A stretch of 64,000 nucleotides of DNA from NCBI GenBank assembly GCA_964016885.1, contig OZ024746.1, positions 21,142,001 through 21,206,000 of the forward strand. Direction: 5' to 3'. Positions within the stretch are counted from its first letter, which is position 1. The number at the start of each line of letters is the position of its first letter. Made by a program: the position numbers and the translations under genes. Source of the DNA: Eledone cirrhosa. Lineage: Eukaryota. Below the pieces are notes generated by a model that was not told the origin of the DNA, did not search any database, and worked only from the letters and a program-made list of their open reading frames with translations. Of the stretch, positions 12,705 through 28,149 are shown piece after piece.

Positions 12705-14947
12705 TATACAACTATTTCAGTACACTGGGTAGTGACCACCGGCTTTTTATGAGTGAGGTCCGCGTGAGCTTAAGAAAGAGCAAGGCTCAGCCCCGGAGAA
12801 CAATCTATGACTGGGGAGCTTTCAAGGAAGATGATAAGCTACAGGAGAGGTTCACAGTGGAAGTGAGAAACAGGTTTAGTGCTCTGTGTGGAGAGTCAGA
12901 GGAGAGAGAGATTGGATGGACTGAGGAGAGTATGACGAGGAGGTACGGGCACTTCACCAATGCAGTGGCGAAAGCAAGTGAAACCCTGGTGCCGAGGAAA
13001 AAGAACAAAGGGAAGCACGTCAGCTCTGCAAACCCAAAAGTGTGTGCAGCCAGAGAACACCTGAAAGCTGCCAGGGACCAATTCTATGCTGATCCTACGG
13101 AGGAGAGGATGGAGACTGTGGAGGTGATGAGGGAAGAGCTCTGTACCGCTTACACTGAGGTCAGAGAGGAGGCACTGATAGAGAAGATCAGAAGTGTGGA
13201 GAGAGCGGTTGACAGATCTGGATGTAAGGAGAGCTGGATGATCATCAACGAGATCACAGGGAGGAAGAAAAGGTGTTCGAGTCAGATCCAGGGAACGGGG
13301 CCCGAGGATAGGAAGAGGAAATGGCTAGACCATTTTAGGACCCTACTAGGAGAGCCACCCTCCACAGCCCAGAGCACTGGGGAGATCAGGCGGCTGTTTG
13401 AGGAACTGGATGTTGAGACAGAGCCCTTCACCAGAGAGGAGCTTCAGAGAGCCAAGTAGAAGATCAAGGAGGGCAAGGCTCATGGAGAAGATGGAGTGGC
13501 ATCAGAGGTGATGAAGAGGTGTGATTTTGATGATATCATCCTGGGGTTCTGTAACGGGGCACTGGAGAAAGGAGTTGCCCCGAATCAGTGGAGGATCAGT
13601 AACATCGTCCCAGTGCCAAAGAAGGGAGATCTCTCTAACACCAACAACTACCGGGGGATCTCACTGACGTCACTTGTGGCAAAAACCCTCAACAGGATGA
13701 TTCTTAACAGGATCCAGCCTGAGATGGAGAAGAAGCTCAGGGACAACCAGAACGGCTTCAGAGAGGGTAGATCAACCACCAGTCACATCCTGATGCTGAG
13801 GAGGATATTAGAGGGAGCTAGAGCAAAGTGCCTTCCTGCGGTCATGGTTTTCATTGACTTTAGGAAGGCCTTTGATTCTGTGGACCGTTACTGCCTGATG
13901 AAGATCTTACAGTCTTATGGAATCCCCAAGAGGATAGTGGACCTGATATCACTGCTCTACACCAACACCAAAGCCCAAGTCATTACACCTGATGGGATGA
14001 CAGAGTTCTTTGAGATACTGGCTGGAGTGCTCCAGGGAGATACATTGGCTCCCTACCTTTTTATCATCGTAGTGGACTATTGTATGCGCCTTGCACTGGA
14101 GAAACACCAGGACTCTGGCTTTACTGTAGCACCGGCTCAGAGCAGGAGAGTTGGGGCGAAAAAGGTATCGGATGCTGAATTTGCCGACGATATAGTTTTG
14201 GTGACAAATACAGTGAAGGAGGCAGAGGATTTGATGCGGGAGGTTGAGACTGTGTCGGTGAGTGTGGGGCTGAGAATGAATGAGACTAAAACAAAATATC
14301 TGGTAGAGAATGTTGAGAAGCCAGAGGGGATCACTAATGTAGGCGGGAAGCCGCTGGAATTGGTTGAGGACTTCCTGTATTTGTGAGCAAAGATTGGGAA
14401 TACGGAAGATGATGTGGTTGAGAGGAAGAGCAAGGCCTGGGCGGCGTGTCACAGCTTGAGATCGGTGTGGAAGTCGGACCTTCGTAGAGACCTGAAAATC
14501 CGCCTCTTTATTGCTGTAGTGGAGTCTGTGCTGCTGTATGGGTCTGAGACTTGGACACTGACCAAGAGACTCACTCAGATGGTGGATGGGTGCTACACGA
14601 GAATGCTGAGGATGGCTCTGAACATTAATCAGTATACACTGAGGATGAAAAACTCAGAGCTGTATGGGAGCATCCCAAAAGTCAGCTCAAAAGTGGCACA
14701 GAGGAGACTGAGGTTGGCTGGACATGCTCACCGACATCCAGAGTTGACATTGCACTCAGTGCTCCTTTGGGAGCCCCTACATGGACACACTAGAAGAGGA
14801 AGACCAAGGTTAACATATGTTGATGCCCTAAGGACAGACACTGGTCTGTTGGAGATGCAGGATATGGCAGCGATAATGAGGGACAGAGACCGCTGGAGAG
14901 AACTCGTCCATGGATCTCGGGAATTTTACCCGCCTTAGATAGATAGA
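12705..14947 (+). mobile_element. 5'-truncated RTE-type non-LTR retrotransposon (end of AP endonuclease, complete RT); pseudogenised by two in-frame stops
   Basis: ORFs 12569, 13496 and 14414 share one frame; GSDHR, PKKGDLSNTNNYRGISL, FIDFRKAFDSV, GVLQGDTLAPYLF, FADD, LLYGSETW, RLAGH; stops TAG 13457 and TGA 14384; (TAGA)n tail. Confidence 0.95.
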
Positions 14948-15202
14948 TATATATATATGTGTGTTGTGTGTGTGTGTGTGTATATGTGTATATATATAAA
15001 TGTATATATCTATATATCTATATATCTATATACATGTATATATATATAGATGTATATATCTATATCTATATCTATCTATATACATATATATATATATATA
15101 CATATATACCAAGAGTGGTGCCCCAGCATGACCTCACCCGGATGCCTGGAACAGGTAAAAGAGTAAAAGAGTAAATATGTATATATCTACCTATATATGT
15201 AT

Positions 15203-15242
<40 letters not shown>

Positions 15243-15630
15243 CGAAAGTTAAAGATGTTAGAATATTGATTAATTAGTTACAGACGGAGTGTAATTTGAT
15301 GAGATGAGTTCAAGATTTTAGTTTTAGAGAGTCTCTCAATTAATTACTTTAATTACTTATTTCCTTTGTCAATATCTAACGACAATATTTACGTCCGGTT
15401 TCAGTAGAACGAAACATAGAAGCAACAACCAAGTTTTCAATAAGTTTGAAATCAATCAAACGTTATCTTCCTTAATAGACATATAGCCAGCCAAAGTTGT
15501 ATTGCAAAAGCTTGCTATTCTCTTCATGGTTAAATAACTCTTCAGCTAGCTGGCTCGATCACAAATATCAAATAGAATATTACACCCATATATAAACATG
15601 AACATTCTACCGAGCAGTCTTATAGATTTA

Positions 15631-15739
<109 letters not shown>

Positions 15740-15939
15740 TAAATTAAATACACATAACTATACGTATACAGCTATGTCAGAGCGAACTACGAAGGAAACA
15801 CAAGCCCTCCATCTCAATTTTACTTTTCATAATCATAAGAATTATGAAACCGTTAAAGTAAATAAATATTCTTAGAAGATTCCAGTTGCATTTGCAAATT
15901 TTATTCCTTATATATATATGGTGTTATGAATCTAAGTTA

Positions 15940-16470
15940 GAACGAGGTTTGATAGTTCTCTATTCAATTTGCCTAGGTTTAACGAAGAATGACTGATCAC
16001 TGAAGTACTTAGAGAATCCCTCTTTGCTAGCGATGCTGCTGTCACTGCTTACAGTGAAGTTGCACTTCAAAGATTGATGGAGAGTCTAGTAAAAGCGTGT
16101 AATCTATTTGCCTTGTCCATTAGTGTCAAGAAAACTGGGGTGGTAGAGTAAGAAAAAAACTCAGCTCCTATAATAAATGTGAATGGAAATGTTCTGAAGT
16201 CAGTAAATAAGTTTGTTTCTTCGGGATCCACAATATCTCGTATGCTATCTCTTGAAGAACTGAACGGAAGACTCATAAATCAACAACAGCTTTGGGGAAA
16301 AACTCAGCAAAAGTGCATAGGGGAATGACAAGCTGAAATCGAAGACTAAAGTTCCGATCTTCCAGATGTGTGTCCTTTCAACTATTCTTCATAGGGTGGA
16401 GAATTATATTATGTACTCAGGTCAAGAAAAAAGACTGAACAGCTTTCAATGGCGCTGTTTGAGGAAGACA
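15940..16470 (+). mobile_element. Degenerate RTE (BovB-like) RT fragment
   Basis: LFNL..RESLFASDAAVTAYSEVALQRLMESLVKACNLFALSISVKKT resembles RTE LLFADDAAL..LQRL..FGLTISLKKT. Confidence 0.8.
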
Positions 16471-16741
16471 TACATTTTTAGTTAACTGGCTATACCTTGG
16501 CTATCATCCGTATAGAACCATACCAACGCTTTATGCGTTATATAATTTATAGATGATGTAATTCTGATATCCTATATTTTGTTTCTACTTTAATTTGACT
16601 ACTACATATTTACTTTTTATTCCTATTTTGCCATCAAATTTGTTCAGTATTTGCGTTTAAAGATTAATCAATTGTCCATTAGAAATACTATTATAATTAT
16701 AATCGAAATAATGGTAACGACAACAATAATAATACTTAACC

Positions 16742-17093
16742 TATTCTCCGGTCCCAAATAATAATGGAGGGAGGGGTGGGTGGGGGTCTCCGGTAATTTT
16801 TCTAGGGTGTAGTCGTTTAGTTTACATACAGAGACCCCAACCCATCCTATTTATTTTGTAACGTATGCGATTTCTATTAATGTACATATTTTGTCATGTA
16901 TAATGTTTTTTTCAATGTCTAAAGAAAATTAATTGTCGCAGGAATGCTACCACATAAAATAACATTTCGTCGGAGATAGATTAGAAAAATTTAATAAGCG
17001 GGGAGGGGGGGGGGAATACGTGCTAGGGTGGGTGTGGAAAAATCTGAAAAATTTAATAAGCGTGGAGGGACGATTACTCGAGACCCGAAAGTA
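16742..17093. mobile_element. Probable old MITE with imperfect terminal inverted repeats
   Basis: TATTCTCCGGTCCCAAATAA versus reverse complement TACTTTCGGGTCTCGAGTAA; TA at ends. Confidence 0.4.
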
Positions 17094-18069
17094 CTAAACT
17101 TGCCTTTGAGTCAACATTTTATATATTATCTACTATTAGGAGCATGCGTGTCAAATAGTCGTTAGAAAATTGTTTTATATGGAATTTTGTTTTCGGTGTC
17201 GGTGGAAGATCGTAAGATTGCGGCAGTTTCAACTGACAATATACTATAGTTATTAGATAATCTTGTTTATGGTAACTATAGAGTCGATTAGAGATTGTTA
17301 AGAAATTAATAGACGATGTGATTTAGATTCTATTGCTAATGATTAAGTTATATTTGTACACTATATTTTTTATTAGACATTTCCTTTGGCGTATCAAATA
17401 CCACTCGCTCAAGATGCCATGTTGTATATTTAAATCCAGACCTCTCAACTCTCCCCGTTCAATGGGGAGATCTCCCACCCACTTTGGAGTGGATAAGGGA
17501 TGTCTTCTCTTGTAAAAATGGGTATAGCTTTCATTATATAAAATCTCCCTATTTTCCTCTTTTCTTCCCGTTTTGAGACAATTTTTTCATGGTATTCCCC
17601 GTTAGCGTTTTTAGAGGTTGGCAGGTCTGTTGAATCTCACGATTGATAAGTACTGTTATAGGCCTATGTAGTGTGTACTACGTACTTCGTACTAAAGAAA
17701 AACATTTCAATTTGAAACACTAACTACAATAAGGTTAGTTTATTCTCTCTTCTACCTTTTAAATGACCTATAAATGACATGAACATTGCTTCGAATTCTC
17801 AAGCTATCGAAAAACAATTAACTGATGCTTAATATAGTAAAGCTTCTTACTGTAGATTATAACCCATTAGATGTTCTTGCTTCTCATTCTTTGTCATTTC
17901 TACTATACGTTAATAACTTGATCTAAATTAATCACTTTCCTAATTCAGCCTCTTCCCCCGAATTTCAACTTTCATTCCACATTAATCTCACAAAGTTATC
18001 TCCATACTAAATGTAGTATTCATAATCCCTCTCCTTAAACGAGAGCATAAACTATTAATGGACACATAA

Positions 18070-18200
<131 letters not shown>

Positions 18201-18438
18201 AGGTGCTTCACTTAGCACTGCATTTCCAATGGTTTCATGGACAGAGATAAGTGGAATTTGAAAAAAGCGATGATAATGCAAGATTAAGTCTTCTTCTTCT
18301 TCTTCTTCTTCGCCCACTTATTCCTGAGAGGATCGTTAGGGTAGAGTCCTCAAACACACCTTCTTCTTGCAATCACTGTGCAATCACTTAATGGTATACA
18401 TATATATATATATACATTATATATATATATATATATAC

Positions 18439-18512
<74 letters not shown>

Positions 18513-18516
<4 letters not shown>

Positions 18517-18640
18517 TGATGATTTCTCACGAATGAAACAGTTCTAGTCCTGTAAAAGCTCTTCTATATTAAAACATTTATACTCTGCTATGTATTGAGT
18601 ACCTTACTGTGGTTACCTCCGATTCAACCCGCAATAACTT
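18513..18640 (+). mobile_element. pLTR-like island with hammerhead core; related pieces at 21099-21144 (-) and 56322-56372 (+)
   Basis: CTGATGA-T-TTC tcac GAA-T-GAAA-CAG-TT; GAATGAAACAGTTCTARTCCTGTA shared by three copies, all in or near (TA)n. Confidence 0.65.
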
Positions 18641-19848
18641 ATATATATATATATAATAATTAATACAATAACAGAGATAGTTTAAAGCTAATCTCTGACT
18701 GGTAACCATCTCACTCAACAAACATTAGGTTATATTTTAATATAAACCCAATTTAAGTGTTTGGGGTGCTAACAATATGTATTATGTGGAAAAGCCAGTT
18801 GTATTATTTTATGAGATATAATTAAAGTTAAAATATATCTCTCTTTCCAAACAATTGTTTCATTATAAGTTTTCTACAAATTCGGAGAATATTTCCAGCT
18901 TATGTAGAAGCCTAATATACATTCATGTAAGAATATATTTAGGTGGGTGCTTATAAATCATCAGTGGAAGCCCAATAAACTTTGATATAAGAAAAACATT
19001 TCTTACCACAGTTAAAAATCGTGTCCGTTAAGTTGCTCCTTCCCGCATCGAATGACCGGCAAATTTGAAATTCCAGCAGTTTTTGACTGAGGAAGTATTA
19101 TAGCGTCACTAAGCGGGAGGGGGAGACAACTACGATCCACGAAAGGAGGAAAAAAAATAATATACACGCGGGTTAATCAGTTTTTTCGAAAACATTATCA
19201 ATCCAACGTGTTAAGAACTCAATTGAAATTAAAAAAATAAATATATGCGTGTATAAATTACACACGCATATAGATATTTTCTTAGGCTAAAAACAGAGGT
19301 TGTACCTGAATAAGAAACCGCGTCTCGTAACCGTAGTAAATACGGAAAGTTATGCTTTAAAGGGCAAATGGGAATGTAAATCTCCGGCCGAATTAAGAGT
19401 AAAATATAAAACACACGCGGGTTAATTAGTTATTTCAAAACTAATATCAATTCCTCATGTAAAGAACTCAATTAATTTAAAAAAATAAATGTATGCATGT
19501 AATTATATACATAGGCATATATATATTTTCTTAGGCTAAAAAACAGAGAAGTTACAACCAATAAAAACCACAATATCGCACAACATTGGTTTCTACCTTT
19601 TTGTGGTGGGGCGATAACGTTTTTAGAACTCAATGTGGCCTTGAAGAGATGTTTCAGCAAGATTAGGTGGTGAGTTCTACAGATTTTATGGTAGGTGTTA
19701 ATCGTTTTACGATCGTTTCAGAGGGTTGATTGATCGTGGTAGATCTATATATTGACTAGCAGGCTGTAGTTACATCGTTAGCTGTTTCTTATCTCGAAAT
19801 CCCTTATCAATCTCACCGTCATCCTCAGAAAAAATACATATATGTATA

Positions 19849-19983
<135 letters not shown>

Positions 19984-21037
19984 CGGGTTCAGTCGGGGGT
20001 AACCACAGTAATTAAAGCACTCAGTTCATTAGTAGAGTGTAAACATCAAATTTAATATAGAAATGACTCCTACATGACCAGAACTATTTCATTCATGCAA
20101 AATCATATACATTGGCATTACTTAACAGCTAATCACTTATGAACTTAATCTTTATTTTCTTTGTATTCATTGGTTATATATTTAGCATGTTATAACGTGA
20201 ACCAAGACGTATGTGAATGCCATACGCTAGAGACTAAATTGTTTACAGCTTTTAATTACAGATTCAAAGTGGAGCAAATGGATCTGTTTCATTTTCATGT
20301 GTGATCTTTATATTACGAAACGTTCCGGTTCTCTTCTTATTTATTAATTATCTTGTTATTATTATTTTCTATTTTTTATATTTTTTACTTCCTGATATTG
20401 TTTCATATGGTTAGCCATTAGCCATTTAACAAAAATGAATAAATGAATAAATAAATAAAATATAGAAAATAATAATGTGACTACTTATTATAAATTCTTT
20501 TATTTTTACATAATATTTCAGAAGTTATATTCTTATATTCCTATGTATAGTTTTCAGATGAAAAATTACCACATTTTCCAACCATTAACAATATATTACT
20601 TCCTTAACAATTTTCCGGTGAGCGGAAATTTTTCTTGGAAAAAAGTAAAGTTTTATACAGACAACTAAACTTTTAACAACTAAGAATATCGAAAACAAAC
20701 ACTAATGCAACAACAAGAATAACCAATAACAATAACGACAACAACAAGAAGAGAAATTTATAGAACTTCTCTCATTTATTTTAGTTTCTCATTGAATAGA
20801 TTCCTAAGCACATTTTGTAAAAAGAAATCAAACAATGCCCCTAAGCGTAATAAGACAGCTGATCTTGATACTTCTCGTTATTTGTGTTATATTATATAAC
20901 ACTGCACCAATTTACTGATTTTCCTTTAGAAAAACAGAATCGGAGAATTGATAGAATCGTTTTCATAAACAGACACAAACAAACGTTTCTATATATCTGT
21001 TAGTATGTATGTTTGCCTCTCTCTCTCTCTCTCTCTC

Positions 21038-21101
<64 letters not shown>

Positions 21102-21140
21102 TGAGATTCTACAGGACTAGAACTGTTTCATTCTTTAGAA

Positions 21141-21179
<39 letters not shown>

Positions 21180-21212
21180 GACTGTCTGTAACTCATTAAT
21201 ATAATCATTTTT

Positions 21213-21270
21213 GTAGTAGTAGTAGTAGTAGTAGCGGTGATGGTGGTAGTGGCAGTTGTAGTGGTTGTGA

Positions 21271-21311
<41 letters not shown>

Positions 21312-21368
21312 CTGGCAGTAGTAGTAGTAGTGGCAGTTGTAGTGGCTGTGATAGTAGTAGTAGTAGTT

Positions 21369-21407
<39 letters not shown>

Positions 21408-21470
21408 CTGGCAGTAGTAGTAGTAGTGGCGGTAGTAGTAGTAATAGAAGCAATAGTAGTGGTATCAGTA
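21213..21470. repeat. Degenerate (GTA)n microsatellite with internal higher-order duplication
   Basis: Repeated ACTGGCAGTAGTAG and GTGGCAGTTGTAGTGG blocks. Confidence 0.9.
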
Positions 21471-21474
21471 ATAA

Positions 21475-21925
21475 GGGTCTATGATTTAGCCACAAGGCCA
21501 ACAATTTTTGGGGGAAAGGAAAGTCGATAAAATCAACCCCAGTGTGTTACTGGTACTTTATTTTATTGGCTCCGTAAAGACGAAAAGCAAAGTTAACTTC
21601 GGCGGGATTTGAACTCAGAACATAAAGAGACGTAAATATAAAGCATATTGTTCGACGCTCCACCGATACTGCCAATCCACCACCCTTGGTAGTAGTAATA
21701 ATTGTTTCTACTTTAGGCACAAGGCCAGCAATTACCCAGTGCATTACTGGTACTTTATTTTATCAACCCCGTAAGGATGAAAGGCAAAGTCAACCTCGGC
21801 GGGATTTGAACTCAGATCGTAAAGGGACGTAACTATGCTGGAAAGCATGGCGTCCGACCCTCTACCGATACTTATCGACCTCGTAAGGATGGAAGGTAAA
21901 GCTAACCTCGGCGGGATTTAAACTC
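21475..21925 (-). mobile_element. Two adjacent family M SINEs (long, short)
   Basis: Family match. Confidence 0.88.
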
Positions 21926-22199
21926 AAGAAAAAATGCGCAGGACAAAACTGAACGCTACATATTACTTTTGATGTTAAAGTTTTTAAGCGATCAAATTCA
22001 TACTTGCATCGAATAATACATTCTGGCCATGGTTTTGGAAGAACGACTGCGGTTCATCTTTGCATAGGTCGGTTCACAGAGGATTACTTGATTGCTGTAA
22101 AAAAATCTCTATATATCAGAGAGTGCACAACAAGTTGTAAACGTCTTTCGAATTTCTTGTGGGACAGCTAATGGTGTTTGTAATATAGTTGCTTTGTTC

Positions 22200-22960
22200 T
22201 ATATTTTTGAGACGAGGAATTATTTACATTATATACATTGGACGGATAGGTGTCCTCATCTTGTTTTGTTGTTAACACAACGTTTCGGCTGATGTACTCT
22301 CCAGCCTTCATCAGGTGTCCTAGTGATGTTATTATTAACGTTTGTTCAGGTCACTGCCTAGAATTGAATTCGGAATCTTGAGGTTACTAGCTAGCTCTTT
22401 TTAATCACTTTTTTTCTTTTTTTTTCTCGTGAATGTTTAGGGCTTATAAACTGATATTTTTCTATCTTTCCTCAATACCAGTTCCCATACACTACTCATA
22501 TCCACACTAGGTCTGCTTAGGAGGTTATTATATCCTAGCATATGTGCTGCCTCTTTTAGTTTTTGTGTTTTCCAGTGGTGTTCTCTGACTATTATTTTAA
22601 CTTCATCCCACAGTGGTAGGTAGTCTCCGTTGTTCCATACATGATCAGCTATACCCGATTTATCGATCTCTCTTCTTCAGCTTTACGATGTTCTTCTACA
22701 CTTATTTTGAGGGGGCGGCCTGCTTCGCCTTTGTATAAGCTACCAAAACTGCATGGGATGGAGTACACGCAGTCTTTGGTCATATTCTCTTCTATTGGTG
22801 GTTCTAGTCGAAGGAGATATTTGCGAAGTGTTGTATTACTCTTGAATACTGTCCTGATGTCATATGGACCGCACATCTTTTGTATCTTTTCCGAGAGGCC
22901 TTTTACATAGGGTAGACAGAATGTATATAATGTATATAGTTGCTTATTAATCCCTTTCAA
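22200..22960 (-). mobile_element. Penelope-like element fragment 3: GIY-YIG endonuclease plus pLTR
   Basis: LPYVKGLSEKIQK..VFKS..CVYSIPCSFGSLYKGEAGRPL..EEH; downstream hammerhead. Confidence 0.9.
22275..22318 (-). ncRNA. Minimal hammerhead ribozyme
   Basis: Minus: ACAC-CTGATGA-A-GGCTG gagagtacat CAGCC-GAAA-CG-TT-GTGT; palindrome AACGTT. Confidence 0.82.
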
Positions 22961-23114
22961 CGTCTATCTTATGTCGAAAACCACCAGTAGAATAATATTG
23001 CAGTCGTCACTATGAAATTGAATGTATAAAGTTATTTCTATAAGTGCTAAAGGAATCATCAATTACTAATGAAAACATTAACTAATAATGAATCATGTCC
23101 ATGATACTACAAAT

Positions 23115-23360
23115 GCAGTCTTTCATATCTTCGAGGTCGATAAAAAAAGTACCAGTCTAGTACTGGGTCGATTATTCCTCTATATCCCTTTCTCACTCCC
23201 CTCTCTCACTCTTTCACACACACTCTCTATCCTTCTCTGGAAGAAATCAGCTGTATTCAGACCCGGTGAGTGATGTGCTCCGCCAGGTTTAAAAATACCC
23301 ACGAAACGCCGCCGTATGTCAACACGGCGCCTCCTACATTTCCATCAGGAGTTACGGGAC
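23115..23360 (+). mobile_element. SINE family M2 (same central domain, different tail), 5'-truncated
   Basis: TCGAGGTCGATAAAAAAAGTACCAG then CTATCCTTCTCTGGAAGAAATC..GTATTCAGAC..CGCCAGGTTTA tail shared with 38862, 47581 and 49375. Confidence 0.8.
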
Positions 23361-23400
23361 CACACACACAGACACACAGACACACACACACACACACGCG

Positions 23401-23523
<123 letters not shown>

Positions 23524-23556
23524 GTAAAAGCTAAACAGAAATAACAACACAATCGG

Positions 23557-23594
23557 TTTTAACGTTTCGGACGTTAGTCCTTCATCAGAAGAAA
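23557..23594 (-). ncRNA. Minimal hammerhead ribozyme (weak stem I)
   Basis: Minus: CTGATGA-A-GGAC taac GTCC-GAAA-CG-TT. Confidence 0.7.
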
Positions 23595-24129
23595 GAATGA
23601 GAAATAAGATAGATTGAGGGGAAAAATATCTTTAGATGAAAATAACAGGTCCATTGATGTTGACATCTCTTACACATTATATACATTAACCTGGTTAAGA
23701 AATAACCAGTATCCGGGTTACATGTTTTAACTAATTCTTTCTATTTTATTTTTAATAGCGATAACAAAAATTTGAACGCAACACTTCTATCATCCTTAAT
23801 CTAAAAACATGCAATCTTCAAACATTACATAACATATAAAACAAAGATGAACTTCTGTGGTCAATTTTATGAACCAAATGTAAGAAGCAACTCTCGAAAA
23901 TGCATTTTAAAGATGAGTTAGTTTGGTATTGTAAAGATGGTAGCAATGTTAGTAGTTTACACATTGTGTTATTTATCTCAATAATAGTGTTATGTTGAGG
24001 TATTGAACAACATATTTAACACATTATATAAATAAATAGATAGAGGACGTCGTAATATTTGTTAAACTGTCTCTAGTGGACAGACTACTTCATTGTCTAT
24101 TGATTTATTTGACTGTTATTTTCTCTCAC

Positions 24130-24249
24130 AATGCTACTTCCCACCTTCTCTCTCACGCATACACACACTTTCTCTCCCCATTCTCTCTCATGTTTTATAT
24201 TTTTAACAATAATTTTATTTTCATGCTACACTTCTCTCACATTTTCAAT

Positions 24250-24309
<60 letters not shown>

Positions 24310-24454
24310 TATACCAATTTCACGTTTCTCTTCTTTCTTCAAATTTTCCCTTCCTACGTTTCTTAAATATCGTATATATATATATATATATATAATATAT
24401 ATATATATATTATATATATATATATTATATATATATACGATATTTAAGAAACGT

Positions 24455-24504
<50 letters not shown>

Positions 24505-24564
24505 TACCAATTTCATGTTTCTCTTCTTTCTTCAAATTTTCCCTTCCTACGTTTCTTAAATATC

Positions 24565-24626
<62 letters not shown>

Positions 24627-24666
24627 TATATATATATTATATATATATACGATATTTAAGAAACGT

Positions 24667-24712
<46 letters not shown>

Positions 24713-24731
24713 ACGATATTTAAGAAACGTG

Positions 24732-24798
<67 letters not shown>

Positions 24799-24955
24799 CA
24801 TATATATATATTATGTATATATACGATATTTAAAAAACGTGGGATATATATATATATATATATATAATACATATATATATATATATTATATATATATACG
24901 ATATTTAAGTAACGTGGGAAGGGAAAATTTGAAGAAAGAAGAGAAACGTGAAATT

Positions 24956-25053
<98 letters not shown>

Positions 25054-25175
25054 TATATTGATAATGTGAGAGAAGTGTACCATGAAAATAAAATAATTGT
25101 TAAAAATATAAAATATGAGTGAGAGGGGGAGGGAAAGTCTGTGTATGCGTGAGAGAGAGGGTAGGAAGTATGAAT
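24130..25175. repeat. ~1-kb fold-back (inverted duplication) with internally amplified sub-blocks in (TA)n
   Basis: 24130-24375 mirrored at 24894-25175; ACGATATTTAAGAAACGTGGG block and variants repeated five times. Confidence 0.85.
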
Positions 25176-25189
25176 ACATACACACATAT

Positions 25190-26360
<1,171 letters not shown>

Positions 26361-26918
26361 TATATAGTGGGTGGGTATTTACATGTGTATTGTTACAAAC
26401 TCACACAATTACGGATTCAAATTTTCTTTTTGTCTCTATTTTGCTTTGTATAATATTCCTTCCGCCCAATTTTGTCTCACCAGACAAATTTTCCTAAATA
26501 TCTATAGTTAAAAAAAGCTATTCAAACCAATGCACAGATTTCTGAAAAAAAGACGAAACGAAACAAAACAAATCATCTGTTTAATAAAACAAAATACCAA
26601 GTAAAAAAGAAATCATAGAAAAAATATCTCGTTAAGAAACACAGTGAAATGTTATCTAAATGAAGCCACTGGAATTAGAGAACAAATGTGCAAAGATTAA
26701 AATAATATTCCGATTTAAAATCGGTGTTATAATAACACATTCGTTATTACATTCCTCTAATATGTTTAGTTTGCATAGAAATAGCAATATACCTACATAC
26801 ATATATATACATCTCACTTTGTCTTTCTCTCTTTTCCTATATATATCTATACATATACATACGTTTACATTAAGCAATTCTTTTCAACATATATATACAT
26901 ATATATATATATATATAA

Positions 26919-26974
<56 letters not shown>

Positions 26975-27782
26975 TTATTAAAATAACAGATTAAAGTTTA
27001 AGCAAAGAATCGCTGCTTTCACCCTTAACTGGATCTTCTGAAACTGTACGTGTTTTTGTATACTTTGGCGAGTGTTTTCACGTATGCTTGTGTATGTACA
27101 TATTTGGATGCGTGTATGTATTTATTTAATTTTAATTATCTCTATTTACTTTATTCTATGTATAGGTATGTAATATATATATATATATTAAAGGTTAATT
27201 AGTCTCAAATACTTAAACGTCTCGATGAGAGGAATCTCTCAGAAAAGCAATATTATATAATAAAATCAATTGAGAAAAAAGAAGGCTATTTATGGGAATA
27301 CAGAGACGATAGACAAAAACAATATTCTAACTAACCTCGCTTATATATCGATCTCCTTACCATGGTTTCATATGGGGAATAATTCTTATTGGCACCACCA
27401 ATAATTGAGGAATCCACCATATTCTTCAGAGGAGTTTAAATCTTCAAAACAGAAATTGACCAAGAAATCATACATGCTGTACCATTTACCAAGGCCGCAT
27501 GCTGGAATAAAAACGTGTAATGTTTCGTGATAAAAAAATCCCTTAGCATATTAGGACTGTGTGACAGGCTTTAATGCGCTAGAAATAGCAGCCAAAAGAA
27601 GGTCTGGTACAACTAAAGAAATTAAGGAACAGTTTAATATTAATTAACGGTTAATTAGTCACGAATACTTAAAGATCTCAATGAGAGGAATCTCTTAGAG
27701 AAGCAATATTATATATGGTATAGGTATGGTATAATACCGTAACTCCTGATAGAGACGCAGGGGTGCCGTATTGATATACGGC

Positions 27783-27842
<60 letters not shown>

Positions 27843-28149
27843 GGAGAGAGAGAGAGAGAATGTAGAAAAGTAACACGAGTTGATATGTATAAAAACAAAT
27901 AGTAGAAAGGAAAAAGATTTTTTCAGTAGAAAATGTTGAAGAGATTCTTTCAGTGAAATATCAAAACATTAGTTTATTTACAATACCGGTTTCAGCATTA
28001 TATGCATTGTCAATTGCGGATATGCAGAATATTGTCGAGTTGCATATTTGTACAAATAGTGATAATAATAATAATAAAAAGGGGGAGAAAAATAAATTTG
28101 AATGAACTCTTTGATGTTGAGGACCCGCTCTTTCGCGAAAGCATTTGTT

